Source: Chthoniobacterales bacterium
GTDB taxonomy: Bacteria > Verrucomicrobiota > Verrucomicrobiia > Chthoniobacterales > Chthoniobacteraceae
Direction: 5' to 3'
NCBI GenBank assembly: GCA_038207335.1
Contig: JBBQZX010000001.1
Span: forward strand, 224,001-288,000
DNA length: 64,000 nucleotides
Positions within the stretch are counted from its first letter, which is position 1. The number at the start of each line of letters is the position of its first letter. Below, one piece after another: positions 52,797-63,967 of the stretch. The position numbers and the translations under genes were made by a program. The notes beneath the pieces are model-generated. The model was given only the letters and a program-made list of their open reading frames with translations. It was not told the origin of the DNA and ran no database searches.

Positions 52797-55705
52797 AAGC
52801 GCGCCTCGATCACTGGCGAAGCTTGGAAGAATATGCGGACTCGCCGGAGTGCCGCGAATGGCTCGAGCGCGAGTTTGCGCCGATGGCTTCCGAATGGGAG
52901 GACGCGGTGAGTCGGCGGCGGTTTTTGAAGCTGATGGGCGCGTCGCTGGCACTGGCCGGGCTCGGCGCATGCACGCGTCAGCCTCTCGAAAAGATCGTCC
53001 CCTACGTGACTCAGCCCGTCGGCATGGTGCCGGGCGAGCCGCTGCATTTCGCGACTTCGCTGACGCTCGGCGGCTTCGCCCGCGGAGCGCTGATCGAGAG
53101 TCGCGAGGGGCGTCCGGTGAAGGTTGAGGGAAATCCCGCGCACCCGGCGAGCCTCGGCGGCACGGATGTTTTCATGCAGGCTGCGACGCTGGATTTATAC
53201 GATCCGGGCCGCGCCAAAACGGTGACGCACGCGGGCGCGATCGTGACGTGGAACGACTTCCGCACCGCGCTGGCGGGCGAACTCGCGCGGCTCGCGAATC
53301 AAGGCGGGGCGGGAATTCGCGTGCTGACTGGCAATGTGACTTCACCGACGCTCGGCGCGCAAATGCGCGCGCTGCTGGCGAAATATCCCGGCGCGAAATG
53401 GCACGTCTGGGAACCGCTCAATCGCGACGCAGCGCGGGCCGGTGCGGAGCTGGCATTTGGCGTTCCGCTGGATGTCGTGTGCGATTTTGAAAAGGCGGAC
53501 CTGGTCGTGTCACTGGACGCCGATTTCCTCGGCACGGGCCCGGCGCAGCCGAGATACGTGCGCGACTTCGCAAAGCGCCGACGCGTGGCTGAAGGCGTCG
53601 AAAATCTGAACCGACTTTACGTCGCCGAGCCCACCCCCTCCATCACTGGCGCGCGCGCCGACCACCGCATCCCCACCGCACCCGGCGTCCTCTCGCAAAT
53701 CGCTGAGGCTCTCGGCACCGAACTCGGCGTGATCTCGAAACAGCTCGACGCCGCCTACGACTCGGCCTTTGTCACAGCCGCCGCTGCCGACCTGCTCGCG
53801 CATCGCGGACGCTCGCTTGTGCTCGCCGGCGAGAGCCAGCCCGCGCACATCCACGCGTTCGCGCACCAAATGAATGCCGCGCTCGGGAACGTCGGCGAGA
53901 CAGTACGGCTCATCGCGCCCGTCGATGAAAATCCCGTGAATCGGACCGCATCCCTGCGCGAACTCGTCGGGGATTTGGAGTCGGGAAAAGTCGAACTGCT
54001 GGTGGTGCTCGGCGGCAACCCGGCGTTCGACGCGCCCGCGGATTTCGCATTCGCCGAAAAGATGCTGCGTGCAAAAACCTGCGTCTTTCTCGGCACGCAC
54101 CCAAACGAAACGGCGGCAGCCTGCGACTGGCAAATCCCCGCCGCGCACGAGCTGGAATCGTGGAGCGATGCGCGGGCCTTCGACGGCACCGCGGGCATCG
54201 TGCAGCCGCTGATCGAGCCGCTTTATACCGGAGCCGTGACCCCGCACGAGTTCATCGCGGCGATGCTCGGCGAGGCCGTGCCGTCGAGCTACGAGATCGT
54301 GCGGGACTTCTGGCGCGAGCAGAAAGTGTGGGAAGACTTCGAAGCCGGCTGGGAGAAAGCCGTACGCGGGGGAGCTATCGCGGACACAGCTTTTGCGTCG
54401 AAGCCAGCCGAGGCGCGCACCATTACCCCCGAGACGAAGGCAACGCCCAAAGGACTCACTCTCCTCTTCCGCGCCGATCCAACGATCCACGACGGCACAT
54501 TTTCCGGCAGCACTTGGCTTCAAGAACTGCCCAAGCCGCTCACGAAACTCGTCTGGGACAATGCCGTCCTCATCAGCCCGCGCACCGCAGCGCGGCTCGG
54601 CTTGACGACCAACGACCTCGTGGAACTCACGAACGCCGCGCGGCAGGTCGTTGCCGCGATCTTCCTCATCCCCGGCCAAGCTGACGACACACTCACGCTA
54701 CACCTCGGCTACGGTCGCCGCATCGGGAATGCCACGGCGACCGGCCACGGCTTCGACGCCTACCCACTTCGGATGTCCACCGCAATGGACAGCACCGAGG
54801 TCACGCTGCGAAAGACCGGCGAGACATATCCGCTAATCACTACCCAGCAGCACTTTGGCCTGGAAGGTCGCAACCTTCTCCGAGTTGCCACACTCTCCGA
54901 GCTGCGTGACAAGCCGACTGTCATTCAGGACATGGGAAAGATTCCCGCCCCCGACGAAACGCTCTACAACCCGCACGAGTTCCCCTCAAAGCACTACGCT
55001 TGGGCGCTGACGATCGACCTCAGCACCTGTGTCGGCTGCAACGCGTGCGTCGTCGCCTGCCAGTCCGAGAATAACATCCCGGTCGTCGGCAAAGAGGAGG
55101 TCCAGCGCGGACGCGAGATGCACTGGATTCGCGTCGATACCTACTTCGCCGGAGTGCCGGAAAATCCCGGGACTCACTTTCAACCGGTGCCCTGCATGCA
55201 CTGCGAAAACGCTCCGTGCGAAGTCGTCTGTCCCGTCGCGGCGACCTTGCACGATTCCGACGGCCTCAACGTGCAAGTCTATAACCGCTGCGTCGGCACG
55301 CGCTACTGCTCGAACAACTGCCCCTACAAAGTCCGGCGCTTCAACTTCCTCGAATACAACGGAGGCATCTCGCCCGTCGAGAAGCTCGGCAAGAATCCGG
55401 AAGTCTCCGTCCGAAGCCGCGGCGTCATGGAGAAATGCTCCTACTGCATCCAGCGCATTGAGTCCGCCCGCACCACCGCGGCCATCGAGGAGCGCCGCGT
55501 CCGCGACGGCGAAATCACACCCGCCTGCGCCCAAGCCTGTCCGGCCGAGGCGATTACATTCGGCGACCTCAACGATTCGACGAGCCGCGTTGTAAAGCTC
55601 AAGGCAACGAAGTTGAACTACGGAATGCTCGCCGAGCTAAACACCCGCCCCCGCACCACCTACCTCGGGCGCATCACGAATCCGCAACCGGAGGCGCGCG
55701 CATGA
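52793..55705 (+). CDS. actB: Alternative complex III molybdopterin-oxidoreductase-like / Fe-S subunit
   Basis: WRSLEE, SRRRFLK (TAT-like), EGRPVKVEGNP; C-terminal CVGCNACVVAC, CMHCENAPCEVVC, CVGTRYCSNNC, EKCSYC...ACAQAC. Confidence 0.92.
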   Translation: MKARLDHWRSLEEYADSPECREWLEREFAPMASEWEDAVSRRRFLKLMGASLALAGLGACTRQPLEKIVPYVTQPVGMVPGEPLHFATSLTLGGFARGALIESREGRPVKVEGNPAHPASLGGTDVFMQAATLDLYDPGRAKTVTHAGAIVTWNDFRTALAGELARLANQGGAGIRVLTGNVTSPTLGAQMRALLAKYPGAKWHVWEPLNRDAARAGAELAFGVPLDVVCDFEKADLVVSLDADFLGTGPAQPRYVRDFAKRRRVAEGVENLNRLYVAEPTPSITGARADHRIPTAPGVLSQIAEALGTELGVISKQLDAAYDSAFVTAAAADLLAHRGRSLVLAGESQPAHIHAFAHQMNAALGNVGETVRLIAPVDENPVNRTASLRELVGDLESGKVELLVVLGGNPAFDAPADFAFAEKMLRAKTCVFLGTHPNETAAACDWQIPAAHELESWSDARAFDGTAGIVQPLIEPLYTGAVTPHEFIAAMLGEAVPSSYEIVRDFWREQKVWEDFEAGWEKAVRGGAIADTAFASKPAEARTITPETKATPKGLTLLFRADPTIHDGTFSGSTWLQELPKPLTKLVWDNAVLISPRTAARLGLTTNDLVELTNAARQVVAAIFLIPGQADDTLTLHLGYGRRIGNATATGHGFDAYPLRMSTAMDSTEVTLRKTGETYPLITTQQHFGLEGRNLLRVATLSELRDKPTVIQDMGKIPAPDETLYNPHEFPSKHYAWALTIDLSTCVGCNACVVACQSENNIPVVGKEEVQRGREMHWIRVDTYFAGVPENPGTHFQPVPCMHCENAPCEVVCPVAATLHDSDGLNVQVYNRCVGTRYCSNNCPYKVRRFNFLEYNGGISPVEKLGKNPEVSVRSRGVMEKCSYCIQRIESARTTAAIEERRVRDGEITPACAQACPAEAITFGDLNDSTSRVVKLKATKLNYGMLAELNTRPRTTYLGRITNPQPEARA

Positions 55706-57030
55706 CCCAGAAGCGCAAGCCCGAGACCTACGAGGCGATCACCGCAAAGGTTAGCGACATCGTCCTTCAGCAGAAGCAGCCGCGCGGTTGGATACTGGGC
55801 TTCGCCGTCGCCTTCCTTCTGGTTATGGTGCTGATCTTCTCGATCGCATACCTATTCCTCCGCGGCGTCGGAATCTGGGGTATTAATGTACCCGTCGCAT
55901 GGGGCTTTGCGATCGTGAACTTCGTCTGGTGGATCGGCATCGGCCACGCTGGCACACTCATCTCCGCCTTCCTTCTACTCATGCACCAGGAGTGGCGTAC
56001 ATCCATCAACCGCTTTGCCGAGGCGATGACCCTTTTCGCCGTCGCCTGCGCCGGCCTTTTCCCGCTCCTGCATCTCGGCCGCCCGTGGCTCTTCTACTGG
56101 CTCTTCCCTTACCCAGATACAATGGGAGTGTGGCCGCAATTCCGCAGCCCGCTGGTATGGGATGTCTTCGCCGTCTCGACCTACTTCATCATCTCGCTCG
56201 CTTTCTGGTATGCCGGCCTCATCCCCGACCTCGCCACACTGCGCGACCGCACAAAGAATCGCTGGCAGCAAGTCGTTTTCGGCATCGGCGCGCTAGGCTG
56301 GCGCGGCTCCGCGAGCCATTGGGCGCGGCATCAAAAGGCCTACATGCTACTCGCCGGCTTAGCCACGCCATTGGTCGTCAGCGTTCACAGCGTCGTCTCG
56401 TTGGACTTCGCAGTCGGCATCGTCCCAGGCTGGCATTCCACCATCTTCCCGCCTTACTTCGTCGCCGGCGCGATCTACTCCGGATTTGCGATGGTCCTCA
56501 CTTTACTCATCCCCCTGCGACGCCTCTACGGCTTGGAGAGGATGATCACCTTCACCCACATCAATAACTCCGCGAAGATCATGCTCGCGACCGGCTGGAT
56601 CGTGGCCTACGGCTACATCATCGAGGCGTTCATGTCATGGTTTAGCGGCAACCGTTACGACGCCTTCATGATGGCCAACCGCGCGACCGGCCTCTACGCG
56701 ACGACCTTCTGGATGCTCATCACTTGTAATCTTATCTTGCCGCAAGCCCTCTGGTCGTCGCGCGTACGCGCAAACATGCCGCTCCTGTGGGTCATTGCCA
56801 TCATCGTGAATATCGGCATGTGGCTTGAGCGCTACGTCATCGTCGTTACCAGCCTGAGCCGCGACTTCACGCCATCGGCATGGGGAATGTACGGCGGCAC
56901 AAAATGGGACTACGCGACATTCTGGGGCACCGTCGGCCTCTTCGCCGCGCTCCTCTTCCTCTTCATGCGCCTGCTCCCGGCCATCTCCATGTCCGAGATG
57001 CGCGCCGACTTGGAAAAGGAGAAGCGCTAA
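55702..57030 (+). CDS. actC: Alternative complex III NrfD-like quinol-binding membrane subunit
   Basis: NFVWWIGIGHAGTLISA, RFAEAMT, HLGRPW, SPLVWD, SVHSVVS, PPYFVAGA. Confidence 0.92.
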   Translation: MTQKRKPETYEAITAKVSDIVLQQKQPRGWILGFAVAFLLVMVLIFSIAYLFLRGVGIWGINVPVAWGFAIVNFVWWIGIGHAGTLISAFLLLMHQEWRTSINRFAEAMTLFAVACAGLFPLLHLGRPWLFYWLFPYPDTMGVWPQFRSPLVWDVFAVSTYFIISLAFWYAGLIPDLATLRDRTKNRWQQVVFGIGALGWRGSASHWARHQKAYMLLAGLATPLVVSVHSVVSLDFAVGIVPGWHSTIFPPYFVAGAIYSGFAMVLTLLIPLRRLYGLERMITFTHINNSAKIMLATGWIVAYGYIIEAFMSWFSGNRYDAFMMANRATGLYATTFWMLITCNLILPQALWSSRVRANMPLLWVIAIIVNIGMWLERYVIVVTSLSRDFTPSAWGMYGGTKWDYATFWGTVGLFAALLFLFMRLLPAISMSEMRADLEKEKR

Positions 57031-57570
57031 GTGGACACTCCCGTCTCAGTGCATGGGATCGTGGGTGAATTCGACACCGCCGACGCTCTCCTTGCAGCTT
57101 CCCGCGAAGCCTATCGCCTGGGTTATCGAAAGATGGACGCCTACTCACCATTCGCCATCGAGGGACTCGCGAAAGCGATTGGCTTCCGCAAAAATCGCGT
57201 GGCCCTCCTCTGCCTCATCGGCGGCCTCACCGGCGGCATCGGCGGCTACTTCATGCAATGGTATGCCATGGCCGTGGACTACCCGCTGAACGTCGGCGGA
57301 CGCCCTCTCAACAGTCTGCCGATGTTCATCCCTATCACATTCGAGGTGACCATCCTCGGCGCCGGGCTTGCCGCCGTCTTTGGGATGCTCGCTCTCAATG
57401 GCCTCCCGCGTCCGCACCATCCCATCTTCGCCGCGAAGAACTTCGACCGCGCCACGACCGACAAGTTCTTCCTCTGCATCGAAGCCACCGACCCGCTCTT
57501 CGATCACAAAACAGTCATCGGCTTCCTACAAAGTCAGAACGCCCACCAAGTCTCGGAGGTGCGTCCATGA
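57031..57570 (+). CDS. actD: Alternative complex III subunit (DUF3341)
   Basis: DAYSPFAIEG, YPLNVGGRP, FIPITFEVTIL, DKFFLCIE. Confidence 0.88.
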   Translation: MDTPVSVHGIVGEFDTADALLAASREAYRLGYRKMDAYSPFAIEGLAKAIGFRKNRVALLCLIGGLTGGIGGYFMQWYAMAVDYPLNVGGRPLNSLPMFIPITFEVTILGAGLAAVFGMLALNGLPRPHHPIFAAKNFDRATTDKFFLCIEATDPLFDHKTVIGFLQSQNAHQVSEVRP

Positions 57571-58130
57571 GACTCACTTCCGTCCTTCTGCTCCTACTCC
57601 TCACAGGCTGCCGCCAAGGCATGTACGACCAGCCAAAAGCAAAGCCTCTCTCCCACAGCGAGTTCTTCTCCGACGGCCAATCCTCCCGTCCGCTCCAGCC
57701 TCACACGATCGCCGTCGAGGCCAATCCGCCCATCCCCGAGTTCACAGCCACGCATCCGGACGGCACACTCGTTACCACCCTGCCCATCTCGCTCGATAAA
57801 GCACTCCTCGAACGCGGTCGCGAACGCTACGACATCTACTGTTCTGTCTGCCACGACCGCACCGGCTCGGGCCGCGGAATCATCGTCCAGCGCGGCTTTC
57901 CGCAGCCACCGTCGCTCCGCGTCGAGCGCCTCCGCGCTGCTCCCATTGGCCATTTCTACGACGTCATCACGAATGGCTACGGCGTCATGTTTTCTTACGC
58001 CTCACGCATCGAGCCGCATGACCGCTGGGCCATTGCTGCCTACATCCGCGCCTTGCAGTTCGCCGTCACCGCCGCGCCCGCCGATCTGACTCCCACCGAG
58101 CAGCGTACACTGAGTCTCGCGACACCATGA
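57567..58130 (+). CDS. actE: Alternative complex III monoheme cytochrome c lipoprotein
   Basis: Lipobox LTGC, MYDQPK, CSVCH, GYGVM, DRWAIAAYIRALQ. Confidence 0.88.
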   Translation: MRLTSVLLLLLLTGCRQGMYDQPKAKPLSHSEFFSDGQSSRPLQPHTIAVEANPPIPEFTATHPDGTLVTTLPISLDKALLERGRERYDIYCSVCHDRTGSGRGIIVQRGFPQPPSLRVERLRAAPIGHFYDVITNGYGVMFSYASRIEPHDRWAIAAYIRALQFAVTAAPADLTPTEQRTLSLATP

Positions 58131-59278
58131 AGCGTTTCCGCACAATCGCTCTCGGCATCGGCGCGCTGGCCACGATCGTCTGCATTCTCGGCGCCGTGCT
58201 CGGCGCCGGCACCTTCATCCGCTCCTATCTCGTCGCCTATCTTTTCTGGCTCGGCCTCACGCTCGGCGGCTTCGGCCTCATCATGCTTCACCACCTCGTC
58301 GGCGGCTGCTGGGGTTACGCCACGCGGCGCTTCTACGAGGCGGGTCTTACCACGCTTCCGCTCGTGGCGCTTCTAGCCATTCCACTTTGCTTTGGAGTCC
58401 ACGAAATCTACGGCTGGGCCATGCCGTCGCAGGTCGCCGTCGAGCCCGTACTGCAGCATCGCCACGCCTACTTGAATCTCCCGTTCTTCATCGTCAGGAT
58501 GATCGTCTATTTCACCGCATGGATATGGCTCGCGCGCGTCCTTCTGAACTACTCGCGCGCTCAAGACATCACCAGCGATCTCACGCCCACGCGCCGCCTC
58601 CGGATGCTCAGCGGCCCCGGTCTCATCCTTTACGTTCTGAGCGCCACTTTCGCCTACGTCGACTTCATCCTCGCACTGGAGCCCGACTGGTATTCCACAG
58701 TCTATCTCATCCTCATCATTGTGGGCCACACTCTCGCCGTGCTGTCGCTCGGCATCATCCTTCTGCGTGTCTTTTCAAAAGCCGAGTCCTTCGCCTTGAT
58801 GCTGACACCCAAGCACTTCCACGATCTCGGCAATCTGCTTCTCGCCTTCGTGATGCTCTGGGCCTACATTGCGTTCTCGCAAATACTCATCATCTGGAGC
58901 GGCAATCTTCCCGATGAAATCTCATGGTATCTCCACAGGAGTAGTCCCGGCTGGAAAGCAGTCGCGCTGATCCTCGGACTCTTCCACTTTGCCATCCCGC
59001 TGGCCCTGCTTCTTTCACGAGGATTGAAATTTCAAATCTCGCTGCTTTGCGCAGTCGCCGCGCTCGTTCTGGTGACACACGCGGTCGATGTCTATTGGCT
59101 TGTGGTCCCTTCGTTTCAAGCACACGGACTATCCCACTCCGTTCCTCTCGAGTTCACAGCCTTCCTAGCCATCGGCGGCTTTTGGTCAGCCACCTTCATC
59201 ACGAATCTTCTGCGACACTCGCTCGTGCCCAGGAACGCCGAAATCGAAACACGATTGGAAGGAGCGCGCGCGACATGA
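58127..59278 (+). CDS. actF: Alternative complex III membrane subunit
   Basis: About 10 TM helices; YLNLPFF, LEPDWYST, HDLGNLLLAFVMLWAY, IIWSGNLPDE. Confidence 0.88.
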   Translation: MKRFRTIALGIGALATIVCILGAVLGAGTFIRSYLVAYLFWLGLTLGGFGLIMLHHLVGGCWGYATRRFYEAGLTTLPLVALLAIPLCFGVHEIYGWAMPSQVAVEPVLQHRHAYLNLPFFIVRMIVYFTAWIWLARVLLNYSRAQDITSDLTPTRRLRMLSGPGLILYVLSATFAYVDFILALEPDWYSTVYLILIIVGHTLAVLSLGIILLRVFSKAESFALMLTPKHFHDLGNLLLAFVMLWAYIAFSQILIIWSGNLPDEISWYLHRSSPGWKAVALILGLFHFAIPLALLLSRGLKFQISLLCAVAALVLVTHAVDVYWLVVPSFQAHGLSHSVPLEFTAFLAIGGFWSATFITNLLRHSLVPRNAEIETRLEGARAT

Positions 59279-59682
59279 GCGGCAACTCGAAATGGGAGCG
59301 CCGCGACGTGGACACAACTCTGCTCTACGGGATCATGGCGCTTTTTATCATTTGCGGAGTTCTCGCATTCATGGCCTGCAAAGGGACGATGGTGATCCTC
59401 AACAAACACTCCGGGCCGCTAGCCACCGCACCGACTCAAAGCGCCTTTCCCGAGCCTGCGCTTCAAGTCGCGCCCGGCCTTGCGCTGGAGGCATTGCGGA
59501 AATCCGAGGCGATAGAACTCAATTCCGCCGCGTGGATCGACCGTGAGCGCGGCGTCGTCCGCATCCCGATCGATCGAGCGATCGAGTTGCTCTCAAAGCG
59601 CGGATTGCCCGAGACCACCGAGCGCCTCACGCCGCTGCAACTCCAGCAACAAAGACCCGAAGAAAGGAAGGGAATGCCGTGA
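59275..59682 (+). CDS. ACIII-associated single-TM protein (ActG-like)
   Basis: WERRD, one TM helix, PEPALQ, WIDRERGVVRIPIDRAIELL; lies between actF and the sco gene. Confidence 0.7.
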   Translation: MSGNSKWERRDVDTTLLYGIMALFIICGVLAFMACKGTMVILNKHSGPLATAPTQSAFPEPALQVAPGLALEALRKSEAIELNSAAWIDRERGVVRIPIDRAIELLSKRGLPETTERLTPLQLQQQRPEERKGMP

Positions 59683-60470
59683 GAATTTTTCTGGCCATCC
59701 TGGCTCTGATGTTGGTGCTTTCGCCCGCTCGTGCTGCTTCCGATGCGGCGTTGCGCGAGGTGCGGTTCGATCAGAATCTAAATCGACGCATCTCTCTCGA
59801 CGCACCTTTCCTCGATGAGTCGGGCCGCTCGGTAACTCTTGCCAACTACTGCAACGGACAGAAACCCGTGCTCCTCGTCATGGGTTACTACGGTTGCCCA
59901 ATGCTTTGCACGCTCGTCGCAAACGGCTTGGTCGAGAGCCTGCATGACCTGCGCTCCGACATCGGCAAGGACTTCACCGTCCTCCACATCTCCATCGATT
60001 CCCACGAAGGCCCACGCGAGGCAGCGACAAAGAAGGCGACCTACCTGAAACGCTACGGACGTCTCGGCGCCGCAGACGGCTGGCATTTTCTCACGGGTAA
60101 CATCGCTTCAATCGAGCGCGTCGCCTCCGACGTCGGATTTCACTACCTCTACGACACGGAAACCAAGCAATACGCGCATCCCAGCGGCTTTGTCGTTCTG
60201 ACGCCCGAAGGCCGAATCGCGCGCTATTTCTTCGGGGTGAATTTCTCACCGCACGAAATGCACGCGGCATTGGTCGATGCCGGGCGCAACCGGATCGGCG
60301 CCGCCGTGGAGCAGGTGTTCCTGCTTTGCTTTCACTACAATCCAATTACCGGCAAATACAGCTTTGCGATTCTTTCGCTCCTGCGCATCTGCGGCGTCGC
60401 CACCGTTCTCGCGATCGGTTGCTTCATCGTCGTCAGCGCGCGCCGCCGCCTTTCGAGCCAACAGCAATGA
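59679..60470 (+). CDS. SCO/SenC family copper chaperone
   Basis: YYGCPMLC (CxxxC), WHFLTG, YAHPS, C-terminal CFHYNP..GKY plus TM helix. Confidence 0.9.
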   Translation: MRIFLAILALMLVLSPARAASDAALREVRFDQNLNRRISLDAPFLDESGRSVTLANYCNGQKPVLLVMGYYGCPMLCTLVANGLVESLHDLRSDIGKDFTVLHISIDSHEGPREAATKKATYLKRYGRLGAADGWHFLTGNIASIERVASDVGFHYLYDTETKQYAHPSGFVVLTPEGRIARYFFGVNFSPHEMHAALVDAGRNRIGAAVEQVFLLCFHYNPITGKYSFAILSLLRICGVATVLAIGCFIVVSARRRLSSQQQ

Positions 60471-61408
60471 ACGCCTTTCAGCTTTTCCCTGAACAGGCTT
60501 CCAGCGGTGCGCGAGAGGTCGATTGGCTGACGTTCGGTCTCGTAGCGGTGACTGGCTTCTACTTCCTTATCGTCTTCCTGCCGCTCGTCTATTTCTCGGT
60601 GAGGTATCGGGTCGGTTCAAAGGCCAGTCGCGAAAACCCTGCCCGCGGTTCGAACTTGATCGAGGCAAGCTGGACGATCATCCCGGCGATCATGTCGCTC
60701 GGTCTCTTTGGTTGGGGTGCTGCCGTCTATTTTCATCTCCGCAAAGCTCCCGCCGATGCCCTGCGGGTGAATGTCGTTGCAAAGCAGTGGATGTGGAAAC
60801 TTCAGCACGCCGAAGGCAAGCGAGAGATCAATGAACTGCACATCCCCATTGGACGCGCAGTGCGGCTCATAATGACGTCACAGGATGTCATTCACTCGTT
60901 CTTCGTTCCGGCATTTCGCGCGAAGCAGGATGTGATTCCGGGAACCTACACCTCCGAATGGTTCAAGCCGACACGCGCGGGCGAGTACCATCTCTTCTGC
61001 GCGGAGTATTGCGGCACGGAACACTCCCAGATGATCGGGCGCGTGGTGGTCATGCAACCGGCTGAATACCAGCGCTGGCTCACGGTCGGAAATGTCGATG
61101 TGTCAATGGTTGAGTCTGGCCGCCGGTTGTTCACACAGCTTGGTTGCAGTGGATGTCACATGGGAAGCGGTTCGGTCCGAGCGCCTCGACTCGAAGGGAT
61201 CTTCGGCAAGCCGGTGCCGGTTCAAGGCGACGGCTTCGTCGTGGCCGATGAGCGTTACATCCGCGACTCGATCCTCATGCCTGCCGCGCAGATTTCAGCA
61301 GGTTACGAGAATCTCATGCCGACCTTCAAAGGCCACATCACGGAGTCCGACCTGATGCAACTCATCGAGTATCTCCGCATCCTTTCCGCCGACGCCCCGC
61401 GACCATGA
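60467..61408 (+). CDS. coxB: Cytochrome c oxidase subunit II with C-terminal cytochrome c
   Basis: [31 protein letters not shown] (CuA), CSGCH...MP. Confidence 0.93.
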   Translation: MNAFQLFPEQASSGAREVDWLTFGLVAVTGFYFLIVFLPLVYFSVRYRVGSKASRENPARGSNLIEASWTIIPAIMSLGLFGWGAAVYFHLRKAPADALRVNVVAKQWMWKLQHAEGKREINELHIPIGRAVRLIMTSQDVIHSFFVPAFRAKQDVIPGTYTSEWFKPTRAGEYHLFCAEYCGTEHSQMIGRVVVMQPAEYQRWLTVGNVDVSMVESGRRLFTQLGCSGCHMGSGSVRAPRLEGIFGKPVPVQGDGFVVADERYIRDSILMPAAQISAGYENLMPTFKGHITESDLMQLIEYLRILSADAPRP

Positions 61409-63015
61409 GTTACCTCACGAAACAGACACTCCGCTCGTGGTTTTTCGCGACCGATCATAAGCGGATCGGCATCCTGTATCTCATCACGATCCTCTTCTTT
61501 TTTACTATTGCCAGCGTCGCCGCCGCGATGATGCGGATCGAGTTGATCACGCCGCAGGGTGACTTCGTGACCAATGAGACCTACAACAAGCTCTTCACGC
61601 TGCACGGCGTGCTCATGGTTTGGTTCTTCCTCATCCCATCCATCCCGGCGGTCCTCGGAAACTTCGTGCTACCGCTGATGCTCGGAGCGCGCGATGTCGC
61701 GTTCCCGAGGCTCAACCTGCTGAGCTGGTATATCTTCATCGCCGGGGGAACGCTGGCGCTTTGGTCACTGCTCCACGGCGGCGTTGACACGGGCTGGACA
61801 TTCTACACGCCGTACAGCTCGACCTATGCAAATGGCCACGTCGTCAGCATGGCGATGGGTATCTTCGTCGCGGGCCTCTCGTCGATTCTTACCGGGCTGA
61901 ACTTCATCGTGACGACGCATAAGATGCGCGCGCCCGGCCTCACTTGGTTCCGCCTCCCGCTCTTCGTTTGGTCATTGTATGCCACGGCCCTCATCATGGT
62001 GCTCGCGACTCCTGTCCTGGCCATCACGCTCGGCCTCGTGTGTCTGGAACGCTTCTGGGGCGTAGGCATCTTCGACCCGCGTCTCGGCGGCGATCCTGTG
62101 CTCTTCCAGCACTTGTTTTGGTTCTACTCGCACCCCGCAGTGTACATCATGATCCTCCCCGGCATGGGAGTCGTGAGCGAACTCATTACCTGCTTCGCGC
62201 GCAAGCGAGTGTTCGGTTACTCGTGGATAGCCTGCTCCAGCATGGCGATTGCATTGCTGGGGTTTGTGGTGTGGGGGCATCACATGTTTGTCACTAGCCA
62301 GTCGGTCTTCGCGGGCATCGTTTTCTCGCTGCTGAGTTACATGGTTTCGGTGCCATCCGCGATCAAGGTGTTCAACTGGACCGCGACTTTGCACAAAGGC
62401 TCGATCACCTTCGACACGCCGATGCTTTATGCACTCGGATTCATCGGATTGTTCACCATCGGCGGGCTCACGGGCTTGTTTCTCGCAGCGCTCGGCTTCG
62501 ATGTGCATGTGACTGACACTTACTTCGTCGTCGCGCATTTTCATTACATCATGGTCGGAGGAATGGTGATGGCCTTCATGGGCGGATTGCATTTCTGGTG
62601 GCCGAAGATCACGGGCCGGACCTTTCCAGAACTCACGGGAAAGATCGCGGCATGGACGACGTTTCTCGGCTTCAATCTCACGTTCTTCCCCCAGTTCATT
62701 CTCGGATACCTCGGGATGCCGCGCCGATACCATGCCTACCCGCCGGAGTTCCAGTTCTTCCACGTTCTTTCGACAGCGGGCGCGTCGATCCTGGCTGTGG
62801 GATACTTCATGCCTTTCTGCTATCTCCTTTGGTCGCTGAAGTGGGGCAGTGTCGCGACCTCGAATCCATGGAAAGCGACAGGACTGGAATGGCAGACACC
62901 TTCACCGCCGCCGGAACACAACTTTGCCGAAGTGCCGACGGTGTTGAATGGGCCTTACGACTACGATGCGGCGAAGAACACCTTTTGTCCGCAAACGGAG
63001 GAAGGCTATGTCTGA
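61405..63015 (+). CDS. coxA: Cytochrome c oxidase subunit I (A2 type)
   Basis: [43 protein letters not shown]. Confidence 0.96.
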   Translation: MSYLTKQTLRSWFFATDHKRIGILYLITILFFFTIASVAAAMMRIELITPQGDFVTNETYNKLFTLHGVLMVWFFLIPSIPAVLGNFVLPLMLGARDVAFPRLNLLSWYIFIAGGTLALWSLLHGGVDTGWTFYTPYSSTYANGHVVSMAMGIFVAGLSSILTGLNFIVTTHKMRAPGLTWFRLPLFVWSLYATALIMVLATPVLAITLGLVCLERFWGVGIFDPRLGGDPVLFQHLFWFYSHPAVYIMILPGMGVVSELITCFARKRVFGYSWIACSSMAIALLGFVVWGHHMFVTSQSVFAGIVFSLLSYMVSVPSAIKVFNWTATLHKGSITFDTPMLYALGFIGLFTIGGLTGLFLAALGFDVHVTDTYFVVAHFHYIMVGGMVMAFMGGLHFWWPKITGRTFPELTGKIAAWTTFLGFNLTFFPQFILGYLGMPRRYHAYPPEFQFFHVLSTAGASILAVGYFMPFCYLLWSLKWGSVATSNPWKATGLEWQTPSPPPEHNFAEVPTVLNGPYDYDAAKNTFCPQTEEGYV

Positions 63016-63658
63016 CCGGCGCGCGGAGAGCGCGTTGAGCGATCAGTTCGAATCCGTCGAGCAACAGCACGGGGCCGACCTGTTCGGTATGTGGATTTTT
63101 CTCGCGACCGAAGTTATGTTCTTCGGCGGATTGCTTGTCGCGTACGCTGTGTATCGGCACGCCTATCCGCATGGCTTCGACCTCGCGAGCCACCGGCTTA
63201 GTGTGGTTTTCGGGACGGTGGATACTGCTGTCCTTCTTTGCAGCAGCCTCACGATGGTGCTAGCTGTGCGGGCGCTGCGACTGGGGCAGCGCCTGCCTTC
63301 GATCGCCCTCCTGCTTGCTACCGCGACGCTTGGGTGTGGATTTCTAGTTTTGCACGGCACGGAATACTACCACGAATGGCAGGAGCATCTCGTGCCCGGG
63401 CGATACTTTCAATTTGAAGGGCCGCATTTGACGGAGGCGCAGTTGTTCTTCTGGCTGTATTTCGCGCTCACGGGACTGCACAGCTTCCACGTCATCATCG
63501 GCGTCGTGCTCATGCTCGTCCTCGCAGCTTCGGTCTTCGAGCGGCGACTCGATGCCGAGCGTTACATTGCTTTGGAAGTGTCCGGCCTTTACTGGCACTT
63601 CGTCGATATCGTGTGGGTCTTCTTGTTCCCGCTGCTCTACCTGATTGGCCTACGCTGA
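63008..63658 (+). CDS. coxC: Cytochrome c oxidase subunit III
   Basis: [42 protein letters not shown]. Confidence 0.93.
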   Translation: MSDRRAESALSDQFESVEQQHGADLFGMWIFLATEVMFFGGLLVAYAVYRHAYPHGFDLASHRLSVVFGTVDTAVLLCSSLTMVLAVRALRLGQRLPSIALLLATATLGCGFLVLHGTEYYHEWQEHLVPGRYFQFEGPHLTEAQLFFWLYFALTGLHSFHVIIGVVLMLVLAASVFERRLDAERYIALEVSGLYWHFVDIVWVFLFPLLYLIGLR

Positions 63659-63667
63659 ACTCCTGCC

Positions 63668-63967
63668 ATGTCTGCGCCCATCGTCGCCATAAAGGTCTAT
63701 CTAAAGGTCTGGGGAGCATTGCTCCTCCTCCTTGCCCTGACAGTCGCCGCGGCTTACGTGCCGATGGGAGAATTCCATCTCCCGGTGGCGCTCGCGATTT
63801 CCGTGACGAAAGCCTTCCTCATCGTCTTCGTCTTCATGGAGATCAAATGGGGTGGAAGGTTGCTCCACCTCGCCGCCATCGCAGCGCTCCTCTGGCTGGC
63901 GATCTTCTTTGTCCTTACCTTCAACGACTACCTCACGCGCGACCTGCCGTCCGCACTCGTTCGATAA
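63668..63967 (+). CDS. coxD: Cytochrome c oxidase subunit IV family protein
   Basis: Three TM helices, KAFLIVFVFM, DYLTR; last oxidase gene visible in the window. Confidence 0.85.
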   Translation: MSAPIVAIKVYLKVWGALLLLLALTVAAAYVPMGEFHLPVALAISVTKAFLIVFVFMEIKWGGRLLHLAAIAALLWLAIFFVLTFNDYLTRDLPSALVR

